Assembly: GCA_044350705.1 (NCBI GenBank)
Contig: JBILHA010000001.1
Location: 310,242-353,430 of the forward strand
DNA length: 43,189 nucleotides
DNA from: Candidatus Kapaibacterium sp.
Lineage (GTDB): Bacteria > Patescibacteriota > Patescibacteriia > UBA9934
Direction of reading: 5' to 3'
Positions 18,217-27,831 of this stretch are shown here, in pieces. Within the stretch, counting starts at the first letter, position 1; each line of letters starts with the position of its first letter. The notes under the pieces were generated by a model that did not search any database, was not told where the DNA came from, and saw only the letters and a list, made by a program, of their open reading frames with translations. A program made the position numbers and the translations under genes.

Positions 18217-19188
18217 CTATTTCAGCACTGCCATAGCCATGAGCGTGTCGCGATTTGCAAAACCTTCTCTTCGTTCTGATGAAAGAAGATCATTGTCAGC
18301 TATGGTAGAGAATGCGCTTATCTCAATATGTTCTGCAAGTACCCCCTTCTTTCTTAACAGTGCAGCAATTGCTTGTCCGTTGTCGAACAATATTTTTCCT
18401 CTTTCTTTATGCGTTTTAAAGAGCAATTTTTCCTCTTCTGCACTAAAGCGCGTTCCTTCTGCACCCATGAGGGATGATTTATCTCCTGCAGAGAGTTCAA
18501 AATTGTCTCCATCTGCATAGGGTCCGATCACGACGCGAAGCGCAGAAGGATTACTTCCAAAAGCTTTTTCCATTGCTTCTACGCCTTTGGTGGGCATCTC
18601 GAGCGCTGTTCCTCTCCATCCTATGTGGAATATTCCAATAGCCCTGTTTTCCGGATCGTAGATGAAGACGGGTGCACAATCTGCGGCAGCAGCGAGAAGG
18701 GGGATGTGTTTAAGGTTGGTGATGAGTCCATCCGCTTTTATTTCCACGAGTTCTTTTTTTGCTTGGGCAAGATAGGTTTCGTCGATGACTTTGATTTCAG
18801 TTCCGTGGACAAGGCGCGTTTTGATCATCTGGCGTGGATCTGCTTCAGGGTCGAGCTGCTCAAGGGTACGTGCGAGCTGGAGACCGGCGCTTACTTTTTT
18901 TCCGCGAAATTCTTCTATGGTCATTTTTCCTTCTAGCGCTTGTTCGAGTTCTTCTCGATCGTCAATCGCACGACGGGCATCTCCGGTGATACGCAAACGA
19001 GGCGTATGCCCTGCACCTTCTTTGCGTATCTCGGTGAGTTTTGTGGTAGTACCCACTGCTACTTCATTCCTAAATGCTTCAAGGCTTTTTGGTCGCCATA
19101 CTCCGTTTTCGATCCGTTGTCCTTCGCGTTCTATGGGCTCGTGTCTCATTCGTTGTGCTTCTGGGTTTCCTGTGCCTGGCTGTTTCAT
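18217..19188 (-). CDS. YfiH/PgeF (polyphenol oxidase/purine nucleoside phosphorylase) family protein with N-terminal extension
   Basis: VHG, ADGLIT, ADCAPV, HIGWRG, IGP, S.RR; start moved to ATG 19188. Confidence 0.78.
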   Translation of the reverse strand: MKQPGTGNPEAQRMRHEPIEREGQRIENGVWRPKSLEAFRNEVAVGTTTKLTEIRKEGAGHTPRLRITGDARRAIDDREELEQALEGKMTIEEFRGKKVSAGLQLARTLEQLDPEADPRQMIKTRLVHGTEIKVIDETYLAQAKKELVEIKADGLITNLKHIPLLAAAADCAPVFIYDPENRAIGIFHIGWRGTALEMPTKGVEAMEKAFGSNPSALRVVIGPYADGDNFELSAGDKSSLMGAEGTRFSAEEEKLLFKTHKERGKILFDNGQAIAALLRKKGVLAEHIEISAFSTIADNDLLSSERREGFANRDTLMAMAVLK

Positions 19189-19260
19189 AAAAAAAAGAAA
19201 AAAGTTCCCGGGTATGAAAACTTTTTTCTTACTCTTTCGCAAGATTTTTATCCGCTTATT

Positions 19261-20181
19261 TTATAGTGTAGATACTTTTGCTGGAGTTTCTGCAAGTTCT
19301 ATCGCTCCCTTCACGATAAGTTTCGCCACATCAATTCCTGTTGCTTTTTCGAGTTCGGTAAATCCCGGGTTGGCATTGATTTCAATGATCAGTGGACCGT
19401 TTTTGCTGCGGAGAATGTCGACACCTGCAAGATCGAGTCCAATGGTTTTGGTTGCCCGAAGTGCGAGTTCTTCCTCTTCTTTGGAGAGCTCCACGGGGAA
19501 TCCTTGTCCTCCAATGGATGCGTTAGCTCGTACGTCACCTGGTCGTGCTCTGCGTTCCATGGCCGCTGCAACTTTCCCGTTGAGTACGAGGACACGTATG
19601 TCGCATCGGTTTGCTTCCGCAATAAACTTTTCGATGATCAGGGGATTTCCGTCTCGAACATTTAAGTACTCTACGATAGGGCAAAATGTTTCAGTGTCAT
19701 GAGCAAAGAATACCCCCTTTCCTTGAGTACCAAAGGGAACTTTGATAATCACAGGGAATGAAATGCGCTTTGCTACGTCTACGGCATGCTTGGGGCTACG
19801 CACAATGGCCCATGGCGGCATGGGAATTCCTGCTCTTTTGAAGGCGAGATGTTGTGCAAGTTTTTCTTTAGAGATGAGTATTGCTGAAGCGTTCCCATTG
19901 AGAATAGGAGTCTGTAACTCTTGGAGTGCTTCGAGGGTCGCTCCGTGAGGCATGGGTTCTTCAATGAAGTTGGGTCGTGCAATCCATACGTCAGGTTTTT
20001 CCTCAAGCAAGATGCCTTCGTAGAATACTTTCAATCCCTCTTCGGTATGTTCGAAGGTAAAAAATGGTTCAAAAAAAATCTTTGCTGTATGGCCAAGATC
20101 AGTTGCGGTTTTCAAGAGTTCTTTTGAGGCGCTTCCAAAGTCCCGCTCAGCTTCGGAAAAAACGAGAATACCGATGTTCAT
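19261..20181 (-). CDS. RimK-family ATP-grasp ligase
   Basis: FPVIIK...GTQGKGV, EKFI.EA...DIRVLV, RANASIGG, AGVDILRS..GPLIIEINANPGF; leaderless-type start (TACTAT 6 nt before ATG). Confidence 0.88.
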   Translation of the reverse strand: MNIGILVFSEAERDFGSASKELLKTATDLGHTAKIFFEPFFTFEHTEEGLKVFYEGILLEEKPDVWIARPNFIEEPMPHGATLEALQELQTPILNGNASAILISKEKLAQHLAFKRAGIPMPPWAIVRSPKHAVDVAKRISFPVIIKVPFGTQGKGVFFAHDTETFCPIVEYLNVRDGNPLIIEKFIAEANRCDIRVLVLNGKVAAAMERRARPGDVRANASIGGQGFPVELSKEEEELALRATKTIGLDLAGVDILRSKNGPLIIEINANPGFTELEKATGIDVAKLIVKGAIELAETPAKVSTL

Positions 20182-20227
20182 GGGGCTATAGTAGAGAATT
20201 TTGTAAAAAAGGGAAGAGAGAAAGAAA

Positions 20228-21937
20228 TTATTGCATTTTTTCTTGTACACTTTCGTACAACCATTTGGCAATTTTGAGGTCATCGTAGGAATATTCTCCT
20301 TGAAAGAATTCGAAAATCGGACGGAGGATTTTTGGTCCGAGCTTTTTCATGATGGGATGGACTTCGGTCGTAAGGATGATGTGAGATTTTTGGATTTCCG
20401 CAAAGACATTTTCCGGAAGTTTTTTGAGCTCCTGGATTTCTATCAAGTGTTCAATGATCGTTCCTACGGTTCGTTCACGTGCCTTTGCAACTTCATGTAC
20501 ATTTTTCTTTTCGAGAATAAGTTCAAGAGTGGATTCCCACTTTGGCCCCTTCTTTTTCTTGGGAGGAGCCGAGAAGTAGACGGAGAATGCATCGAGGGTT
20601 TCTTTAGGAAGTGTTTCTTTTTTTCCTCCGCATGCTTTGATGAAGTTTTCTGTTTCTGCCAGGAGTTGTTCTTCTGATCTGTGGGCAAGGGCCTGCTCTG
20701 CTTCGAGTGAGAGCTCCCTGAACATTTCGTCTTTTGTAAGAACGGTAGGGTCGATTTCTAGGGCTCGGGTGTTTAATCCGCCAAGATACAGGCCGGAGAG
20801 CGATCGTACGCGTGAGAGCGCAACATACCCTTGTCCATAGGCAAATGCGCTTCCCAGGTCGATGAATGCGCCGTCGAGGGACATGCCTTGGCTTTTGTGC
20901 ACGGTAATGGCCCATGCAAGACGAAGCGGAATTTGTCGTACTGCAGCGAGCGCCGATCCATCCACGTCAATGCTCCACGTTTCTGGTTCTGTGCAAATGA
21001 CGCGACCACTTTTGAGTTGTACGACAGGATATTTTTTTTCTTTGTCAAAATCTACGACCTCTCCTAGTGATCCATTTACATATCCCTCGGAAGGATTGTT
21101 GCGTGTGAACATGACTCGTGCCCCAATTTTGAGAGTAAGCTTTTCGGGAGAGAGACAGCCGCGAATAATTTGTTCGATGAGTTTAGGATTTCCATGTGTT
21201 GACATGGAATAAGATTGTTCGTTTCCTTTGAGCGCGCGTAACCGATCGCTGTTCATGCGATCAACATCTGCGTTATGCGAATAGAGTTTTGTGATGTCGG
21301 TATCTTCTGCAGGGCGCTTTCTGTTGTGGAGATGAGAGAGGTGATCTTCGGTCAAGTTTGCGCGACGCATTGCGGAAAGAATATCCAGGAAGGTTTTATC
21401 TTCCTGTCGATGTTGTTCGGAAAGGTAGCAAACCGTAAAGCCTGCTGCGCGCCAGGCGTTTGATTCAAAAGCAAAATAGACTGGCGGTTCATCTGGACGG
21501 GAAATAGGAGGAAGCTGGAAGAAATCTCCTACGAAGACGACCTGAATGCCCCCAAATGGGAGATCGACATCTTTCATCACTCGGCAGATGAGATCGACGG
21601 AATCAAGCATCGCGGCATCGAGCATGGAGATTTCATCGATAATAAGCACCGATGTGTTTTTGATGCGACGTTTGAGATTTGCATTTTTTTCCAGATCTTT
21701 GCAGTCACGGCGAGTAACATGCTTGCGAATACCAAGGCCGCTCCAAGAATGAATAGTCATTCCTCCGATATGTGTAGCGGCAATGCCGGTTGATGCGGTG
21801 AGTGCAGGAGTAATTCCTCGAGAATATAAAAATTTTACGTACTCGCGTACGGTATAACTTTTTCCTGCACCTGGTTCTCCGGTGAGAAAAACATTTACGC
21901 CAGTTTTGAGGATTTTGAGCGCATCCGCTTGGGTCAT
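20228..21937 (-). CDS. PIF1-family SF1B DNA helicase with C-terminal HTH
   Basis: TGEPGAGKS, ASTGIAA, IDEISM, PFGGIQ...GDFFQLPP, QIPLRLAWAITVHKSQGMSL, GQGYVALSR. Confidence 0.92.
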   Translation of the reverse strand: MTQADALKILKTGVNVFLTGEPGAGKSYTVREYVKFLYSRGITPALTASTGIAATHIGGMTIHSWSGLGIRKHVTRRDCKDLEKNANLKRRIKNTSVLIIDEISMLDAAMLDSVDLICRVMKDVDLPFGGIQVVFVGDFFQLPPISRPDEPPVYFAFESNAWRAAGFTVCYLSEQHRQEDKTFLDILSAMRRANLTEDHLSHLHNRKRPAEDTDITKLYSHNADVDRMNSDRLRALKGNEQSYSMSTHGNPKLIEQIIRGCLSPEKLTLKIGARVMFTRNNPSEGYVNGSLGEVVDFDKEKKYPVVQLKSGRVICTEPETWSIDVDGSALAAVRQIPLRLAWAITVHKSQGMSLDGAFIDLGSAFAYGQGYVALSRVRSLSGLYLGGLNTRALEIDPTVLTKDEMFRELSLEAEQALAHRSEEQLLAETENFIKACGGKKETLPKETLDAFSVYFSAPPKKKKGPKWESTLELILEKKNVHEVAKARERTVGTIIEHLIEIQELKKLPENVFAEIQKSHIILTTEVHPIMKKLGPKILRPIFEFFQGEYSYDDLKIAKWLYESVQEKMQ

Positions 21938-22001
21938 AAGCGCATATATTCTACGTTGTTTAGGATCCTAAATAAAGGAATGTATCACCAGTTTTCCTTG
22001 T

Positions 22002-22078
22002 GTCATTCTGGGGGAGATTCCAGTCAGACCGAAGGATCTATGGGTTTTGGTCATTCCGGGCTCCTATCCGGAATCCAG
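22002..22078. repeat. Two adjacent REP/RPE-like elements
   Basis: GTCATTCTG...CGAAGGATCT (22002-22039) and GTCATTCCGGGCTCCTATCCGGAATCCAG (22050-22078); the second aligns with 9499-9526. Confidence 0.55.
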
Positions 22079-22328
22079 GGTTTTTATGATGATTTATTCA
22101 TCAATAAATGGGATTTTTTTCGGTTTTAAAAAGAAGGGAGGTGAGAATGTTTGTTTCTTTGGATGGGATAGGGTGTTTCTTATTTTTTTTCGGGAAGGGG
22201 AGAAAAGTGAAGTAAAGTTCACATTTGAGAAAAAGGAATGAAAAAAATGCTCTGGATTTTCTCAATTGACTTTTTGCCGGTTTTGGCCTGAAATCAGGGT
22301 ATCTCATTCTTTATGGAGGATTTATTTT

Positions 22329-24029
22329 ATGAAAACCCGTATTTTTTCGAAGGTTTTCGGTGTGGTCATGACGCTGAGCGTTTTATTTAGCGTCATTCCT
22401 GGAGTTGCTTTTGCGGCAACCTTGAGCGCACCTAGTAGCCTTTCTCTGAGCAGCGGTTACTCCAGTAATGATACGACACCTACATTCCGTTGGTCGCAGC
22501 CTTCTGGTGCTACGTGGTACAGCTATCATGTTGATCTTCAGGATTGGAAGAATTTAGGAAACGTGAGCTCTGTTACGGTTTCTGCCCTTGCGGATGGGTG
22601 GCATACGTTTTACGTTCGTGCACACGACAATTCGGGTAATGTAAGTGCGGCAACAGCATATACTTTTGAGATTGATACCCAGGGCCCTACAGTTCCTGCA
22701 GTGTCTCCTTCTTCAGCTGATGAAGATGAGGAAGTTACCTTTTCCGTTACTCCGTATGGAGAGAGTGTTGTCACGTTTTGCGACTTGTACGTCGGGGGTA
22801 ACAATGTGGGTACGATGACCAAGAGTGGAAGCACGTTTTCCAAGACGTACACGTTTGCCTGGGAAGGGAACTATACGGTGTATGCACGTTGTGCGGATGG
22901 TGACGGAAACTACACCACCGGTACTTCTCGTACGGTGTCTGTAGATAACAATGATTACAACGATGATGACAACGATGCGCCAACCGTTCCTGCCGTAACG
23001 CCTTCCACTGCAGTTGAAGATGAGGAGGTAACCATTTATGTTGAACCTTACAGCGATGAAGATGTTGCATGGTGCGATCTTTATGTAAACGATCGCAATG
23101 TAGGTGATATGGAACGTGACAGTGATGGTGAATTCTCTCTTGAATACACTTTCGCAAACGATGGCTTTTATACCGTTTACGCGACTTGTACTGATGAGTC
23201 ATACGATACGACTCGTGGTACCTCTCGTACCATTCGTGTCAGTGATGAAGATGGGGATGATGACTATGGAGCGCTTTCCGTTCCTCGTGTCAGTCCTTCC
23301 TCAACGTACGAGGACTCTCGTACTGAGTTCACGGTTCGTCCTTCAGGAAACTATAATGTTACGGATTGCTGGTTATATGTTGACGGCCGTCGTGTGGCAA
23401 CGATGACCGAGGAATCAACGAATGTGTTTACTGCTGACTATACGTTCCGAGAGAGCGGGTCGTATAGCGTATACGCCATGTGTGAAGATAGCCGGGACAA
23501 TCAAGATATCGGAGAAAAGCGAACGGTGACGGTGCAAGAGCAAGACGAAGATGACGATGGCGCACATCGTGGTTCGCTTCTCAAAATCCGTTGCGGAACT
23601 TCCCCTTCGGTAAATGATCCTTGCCGTGCGGTGTACTACTACGGTGAAGATGGAAAGCGCCATGCATTCCCTAATGAAAGCACCTTCAAGACGTGGTTTG
23701 CGGATTTCGATGACGTGGTTGAAATAAGTGCTTCTTCCATGGCTTCTCTTCCGCTTGGTTCGAATGTGACCTATCGTCCAGGGAGTGTGCTCATCAAGTT
23801 TGCAAGCTCTGCAAAGGTCTATGCTATTGAAGGAGAGCGCACCCTTCGTCACTATAAGACTATGGAGCTCTTGCGTGGCGATTATGGGTGGGATGGAGAG
23901 AAGTACATCGTTGTTCTTCCAGACTATCTGTATTCCAGCTATGAAATCGGCAGTGTGATTGATAGCTCGAATGATTTCGATCGCACGGAAGCATATTATT
24001 CGGTGGATAGTATTGATGACGTACTTTAA
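22329..24029 (+). CDS. Secreted acidic surface protein: Ig-like domain, three ~98-aa Cys-paired beta repeats and C-terminal surface domain
   Basis: GGAGGA SD; signal peptide ending AFAA; repeats P.VP.VSPS...CDLYV....G.M....F...YTF...G.Y.VYA.C.D; C-terminal VYYYGEDGKRHAFPNESTFKTWF. Confidence 0.8.
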   Translation: MKTRIFSKVFGVVMTLSVLFSVIPGVAFAATLSAPSSLSLSSGYSSNDTTPTFRWSQPSGATWYSYHVDLQDWKNLGNVSSVTVSALADGWHTFYVRAHDNSGNVSAATAYTFEIDTQGPTVPAVSPSSADEDEEVTFSVTPYGESVVTFCDLYVGGNNVGTMTKSGSTFSKTYTFAWEGNYTVYARCADGDGNYTTGTSRTVSVDNNDYNDDDNDAPTVPAVTPSTAVEDEEVTIYVEPYSDEDVAWCDLYVNDRNVGDMERDSDGEFSLEYTFANDGFYTVYATCTDESYDTTRGTSRTIRVSDEDGDDDYGALSVPRVSPSSTYEDSRTEFTVRPSGNYNVTDCWLYVDGRRVATMTEESTNVFTADYTFRESGSYSVYAMCEDSRDNQDIGEKRTVTVQEQDEDDDGAHRGSLLKIRCGTSPSVNDPCRAVYYYGEDGKRHAFPNESTFKTWFADFDDVVEISASSMASLPLGSNVTYRPGSVLIKFASSAKVYAIEGERTLRHYKTMELLRGDYGWDGEKYIVVLPDYLYSSYEIGSVIDSSNDFDRTEAYYSVDSIDDVL

Positions 24030-24032
24030 GAG

Positions 24033-24067
24033 AAAAACACCTTCCTCAGCAGGAAGGTGTTTTTTTT
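24033..24067. terminator. Bidirectional terminator
   Basis: AAAAACACCTTCCT-cagc-AGGAAGGTGTTTTT between convergent genes. Confidence 0.85.
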
Positions 24068-24074
24068 ATTGCCT

Positions 24075-26060
24075 TTATATGATACGGATCTCGTTTTCTA
24101 CTCCCAAGAAGTGCAGATATGCCTTTTCGTTTGGCTCTCTTCCGAGAAAGTTTTTTACCAATTTTTCTTCATCTTCGGTTGAGCCTTTTTCAAGAATTTC
24201 GTGAAGATATTCTTGTGCGGTTTGAGGATTCATCAGGCCCTCATTTTCGAAGCGTGTGAAGATGTCGTACGCAAGTGAGAGTGCCCACTGATAACTGTAG
24301 TAGGCGGCGCTGTACCCCATGAGGTGGCCAAAGGTTGCAGGGAAGCGGGTGCCAGGGAGGCGCTCAAAGGAGCTGTAGTTCGGATAGAGTTCAAGCACCA
24401 GCTGTTCTGGATTAACGTTTGCATCTCTTGTATGGAGTTCCATATCAAGATTTGCGAGGAAGAGCTGACGTTCAGTGGCGATTGCTTGTCCAAATGCGCG
24501 AGCGGTCGTCATCGCATCGTAAAGATCGTTGGGGAGTATTTCTCCGGTTTGATAATGTCTTGCAAAGGTTGCAAGAACGTCTTTGTTCCAAGCCCAGTTT
24601 TCAAAGATTTGTGAAGGTGTTTCTACAAAGTCTCGTGCGACATTTGTACCTGCAAAGCTTGCTAATGATGCTTGGCTGAGTATGTGATGCAGGAGGTGTC
24701 CAAATTCATGAAAAAATGTCGTGACATCGTCATGGCTCATGAGGGCGGGTGAGGCGCCTGGCTTCGGGAAATTGCAGACCAGTGCGCACATGGGTACGAT
24801 GCGCGTTCCATCCTCAAGATGTTTCGTGTTACGAATATCGAACATGGCCGCGTGCTTGTATTTTCCCTCACGAGGATAGAGGTCTAGATAGATGCGACCT
24901 ATGTGCGTATCTCTGCGCATGACGTCGAATACTTGCACCTCTTCATGCCAGGTGCGAGCCTCGATTTGGCGGTATTGAATATTGAATAACTGTGAAGAGA
25001 TGTCCATGATTCCTTTGAGCACCTTTGTGCCCTCGAAGTACTCAGAAAGAACTTGAGAATTGAGAGAGAATTTTTCTTTTTGGTACTCTTCTTCGAGGTA
25101 CTTTACGTCAGAGACGGGGATCTTTTTAAGGGAAGGAGAGATGCGCTTTTTGCCCATTTCAAAAAGTATTTTTGCTTCTTCTTCTCGCTTGGCAGAAAGT
25201 TTTTCGTGAAGATGTTTTAAAAATGTTTTTACTTTTTCAGGATTCTTTGCCATGCGTGTTTCCAGGACAAAATCAGCCCAGGTGGTATATCCGAGCAGCT
25301 TCGCCTTTTCTTCACGGAGTTTTAGTACCTTTTTGAGGGTAGGGATATTTGATTCTGCACCTCGATTTTCAGAAAGAATGTAGAGCTCTCGTGCGGCATT
25401 ACGATCTTTGGCGTAGCGCAGAAAAGGAACGAGATCTGGGTAATCTGTGGTAAGACGAATCATGCCGTTTTCTTGGACCGGGTGATTGGCGATGAAGGCT
25501 TCTGGGAGTCCTTTGAGTTGCGCTGGTTGTACTTCTAATGAGAGGGTGGTTTCTGCGAGAACGCGATCAAAGTCTTGGGAAAGTTTTGTGAGCTCTTCAT
25601 TAAGTTCACGGAGTTTTTGCTGTCCTTCTTCGTTGAGCTCGAGGCCATTACGGCGATATTCACGAAGTACTTCATCTAAGAATTTTTGTTGTGTGGAGGT
25701 GAGAGAAGGTTTTTGTTGTGCAAAACGACGGATAACTTCCGCGATTGTGGGATTCAGATAGAGTTCAGAAATGAATTGGTCGACTTTTGGTTCGCAGGAC
25801 ATGGCAGCTTTGCGTACCTCCGGATCTTTATGTGTTACCCCGAGGAGCGCAGGAAGACTGATGGATTCTTGCACGGCGTGTAGAAGATCATCAAAAACTT
25901 CCATGGTGTTCTGCCAAGTCAGCTGTTCAGCGTCTTTTAATGATGCAATTTCTTGTGCAAGTTGTTGCGCGTTTTTCAAGGCATCGTCTGAAATTTTCAC
26001 AATGCCTTCTGCGGTAAGACCTGCTGAGACGATATCTTCGGGAATGGGAAGGGTGTTCAT
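24075..26060 (-). CDS. M3 family metallopeptidase (thimet/oligopeptidase A-like)
   Basis: YLDLYPREGKYKHAA, TFFHEFGHLLH, DFVETPSQIFENW, FGHLMGYSAAYYSYQWA. Confidence 0.93.
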   Translation of the reverse strand: MNTLPIPEDIVSAGLTAEGIVKISDDALKNAQQLAQEIASLKDAEQLTWQNTMEVFDDLLHAVQESISLPALLGVTHKDPEVRKAAMSCEPKVDQFISELYLNPTIAEVIRRFAQQKPSLTSTQQKFLDEVLREYRRNGLELNEEGQQKLRELNEELTKLSQDFDRVLAETTLSLEVQPAQLKGLPEAFIANHPVQENGMIRLTTDYPDLVPFLRYAKDRNAARELYILSENRGAESNIPTLKKVLKLREEKAKLLGYTTWADFVLETRMAKNPEKVKTFLKHLHEKLSAKREEEAKILFEMGKKRISPSLKKIPVSDVKYLEEEYQKEKFSLNSQVLSEYFEGTKVLKGIMDISSQLFNIQYRQIEARTWHEEVQVFDVMRRDTHIGRIYLDLYPREGKYKHAAMFDIRNTKHLEDGTRIVPMCALVCNFPKPGASPALMSHDDVTTFFHEFGHLLHHILSQASLASFAGTNVARDFVETPSQIFENWAWNKDVLATFARHYQTGEILPNDLYDAMTTARAFGQAIATERQLFLANLDMELHTRDANVNPEQLVLELYPNYSSFERLPGTRFPATFGHLMGYSAAYYSYQWALSLAYDIFTRFENEGLMNPQTAQEYLHEILEKGSTEDEEKLVKNFLGREPNEKAYLHFLGVENEIRII

Positions 26061-26800
26061 ATACTTCCTTGTACCACATGTTGCTGCTCAGGAGGAGGCC
26101 CCCTTTTTTCTGCAACAAATATCGGGAAGTATTTTGCTGCGAAAACGTCAGCGCAGTTTTCTTTGGGGAGTGCGCGGTAAGCGAGCTCTTGGAGCTGATA
26201 AAGCTTTTCTCCTGAGGTGATATTTTCTTTCTCGCATTTTTCTTTTATTTGAGGATTGGCCTCGAGCCATTGGGAAAATCCTCCTGCAAGATCAAGGGCA
26301 CGTTGGAGTTTGCGTGGGGTAAGACAGGGAACGGGGAGTGTTTCAAATTGCAGGGAAGAGTTGTGTTTCCATGCGACGTTTGCTATGTCCTCATCTTCTT
26401 TAAGAGGAAAATAGAAATGCTCGAAATAATCTAACGCATGTCCTGCTTCATGAAAGATGATAAAGCTGCGAATGATTTCTCCAGTCATTTCTTCGAAAGA
26501 AAGATGGAGTAGATTTGCCATTGAAGTAATCGCAGTTTTTCTCACTTTTTTCATCGTGAGGAATTGTTCAGGTGTGCTTTGTGCGAGGAGAATGGTTGCT
26601 TGGGGAGGTCGGTTGTTTCTATCAGGGACGAGAAATCTTCCCCCGATGAAAGTGTCATCCAGGGAAATAAGAAAGGCTACTTTACGAAGCGAGGGAAAGT
26701 GGTGTTGAAGCCATTGTGCTTCAGGAAAGTGCGAGAAACTTTCGAGCGGTTTGAGATGTCTTCGTTCAGGTAGATTTGCGGGTGCATCAGCGGCTTGCAT
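26057..26800 (-). CDS. Hypothetical protein with HExxH motif (putative zincin); start 26800-26842
   Basis: FIIFHEAGHALD...YRALPKE..AD.FA; ATGA overlap with the M3 peptidase. Confidence 0.6.
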   Translation of the reverse strand: MQAADAPANLPERRHLKPLESFSHFPEAQWLQHHFPSLRKVAFLISLDDTFIGGRFLVPDRNNRPPQATILLAQSTPEQFLTMKKVRKTAITSMANLLHLSFEEMTGEIIRSFIIFHEAGHALDYFEHFYFPLKEDEDIANVAWKHNSSLQFETLPVPCLTPRKLQRALDLAGGFSQWLEANPQIKEKCEKENITSGEKLYQLQELAYRALPKENCADVFAAKYFPIFVAEKRGPPPEQQHVVQGSI

Positions 26801-26848
26801 AGGATACTTTTTGCATCCTAGCATGCTGAGATTTTGTGACAAGGAAAT

Positions 26849-26880
26849 AAAAAAACACCCTTTTAAAAGGGTGTTTTTTT
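26849..26880. terminator. Terminator, perfect 32-bp palindrome
   Basis: AAAAAAACACCCTTTTAAAAGGGTGTTTTTTT. Confidence 0.75.
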
Positions 26881-27754
26881 AGAGTACTTGTGCAAGAAAA
26901 CACACCGGTGATCCTTCCTTCCAATGCTCGGGAATTTTTGGAAACATAATTACTCCGTCATGCGTTGCGATAAGCGGGACAGTTCCATGGGTGCCAAGTA
27001 CATCTCCGGCTTTGAAAGCTTCAAATGAGCCTTCTCCTCGTGCCGGTGCGAAGGTAAAACCTTCTTGAGTGAGTAGAATGGTCTCTGTAAGACGATAACG
27101 TTTTCGGGTGGTTCGGTCGCGCGTTTGTTGCTCATGAGTTTCTTCGTGAACCCCGTTTTTTTCTTTGATCATATAGAGAACGCTGCGCATCATCTCAGGA
27201 ATGCGACTAAGGTCTTCGACCCATCCACTTTCATAACAAACGCTTTGTGCGCCGTGCGCGTTTGCATAGCCGATGGTTGTTCCTGCGATAACATCATTTG
27301 GTACAACGAGTTCTTTTTCGCAGGTAAAATAGGTGCAAAGTGCCTGCTGTGCTTGATCATCGGTGGCGATAACGAGAAATGGTTCTGACGGCTTATTGGT
27401 TGCGTGAAGATCAATAACGAGGTCGGCGCTTTTGAGAAGTGGAGCGAGGATTCGTGCGCGTTCTATTTCATAATCCGTTCGATCGCCTTCGAGCAGCGCA
27501 TCGATAAAGACACGATTGATGTCGGCGTGCGGCTCTGAGCCGCGCGTATTTTTTTCTATTGCGCGTGGGTTACCTAATGCAAGGATGAGCTTTCCTTTTT
27601 CTATGGTTATTTCTCTTTTTTCGCATTTTTCCTTGAGTTGCTTTACAACGGTGATACCTGTTTTTTCATTTCCGTGAATACCCCCCAGGAGTACGGTCGT
27701 TGGTCCAGGATTTTTTCCGGTGATTTCCCAGATGGCTTCTGCGATTTCTTGCAT
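26879..27754 (-). CDS. Succinylglutamate desuccinylase/aspartoacylase (M14-like) family protein
   Basis: GGIHGNE, GNPRA, DINRVF, IDLH, YESG; start set at ATG 27754 (the track's extension overlaps the GNAT). Confidence 0.85.
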   Translation of the reverse strand: MQEIAEAIWEITGKNPGPTTVLLGGIHGNEKTGITVVKQLKEKCEKREITIEKGKLILALGNPRAIEKNTRGSEPHADINRVFIDALLEGDRTDYEIERARILAPLLKSADLVIDLHATNKPSEPFLVIATDDQAQQALCTYFTCEKELVVPNDVIAGTTIGYANAHGAQSVCYESGWVEDLSRIPEMMRSVLYMIKEKNGVHEETHEQQTRDRTTRKRYRLTETILLTQEGFTFAPARGEGSFEAFKAGDVLGTHGTVPLIATHDGVIMFPKIPEHWKEGSPVCFLAQVL

Positions 27755-27801
27755 AAGATGTGAGAATAGTATGACAAAAGGTTTTTTGTTGGGAAGGGTT
27801 A

Positions 27802-27827
27802 CCCCTCCGGTCGCGGGACCGGAGGGG
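27802..27827 (-). terminator. GC-rich hairpin directly after the GNAT stop
   Basis: CCCCTCCGGTC-4nt-GACCGGAGGGG; no immediate U-tract. Confidence 0.5.
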
Positions 27828-27831
27828 ACGA

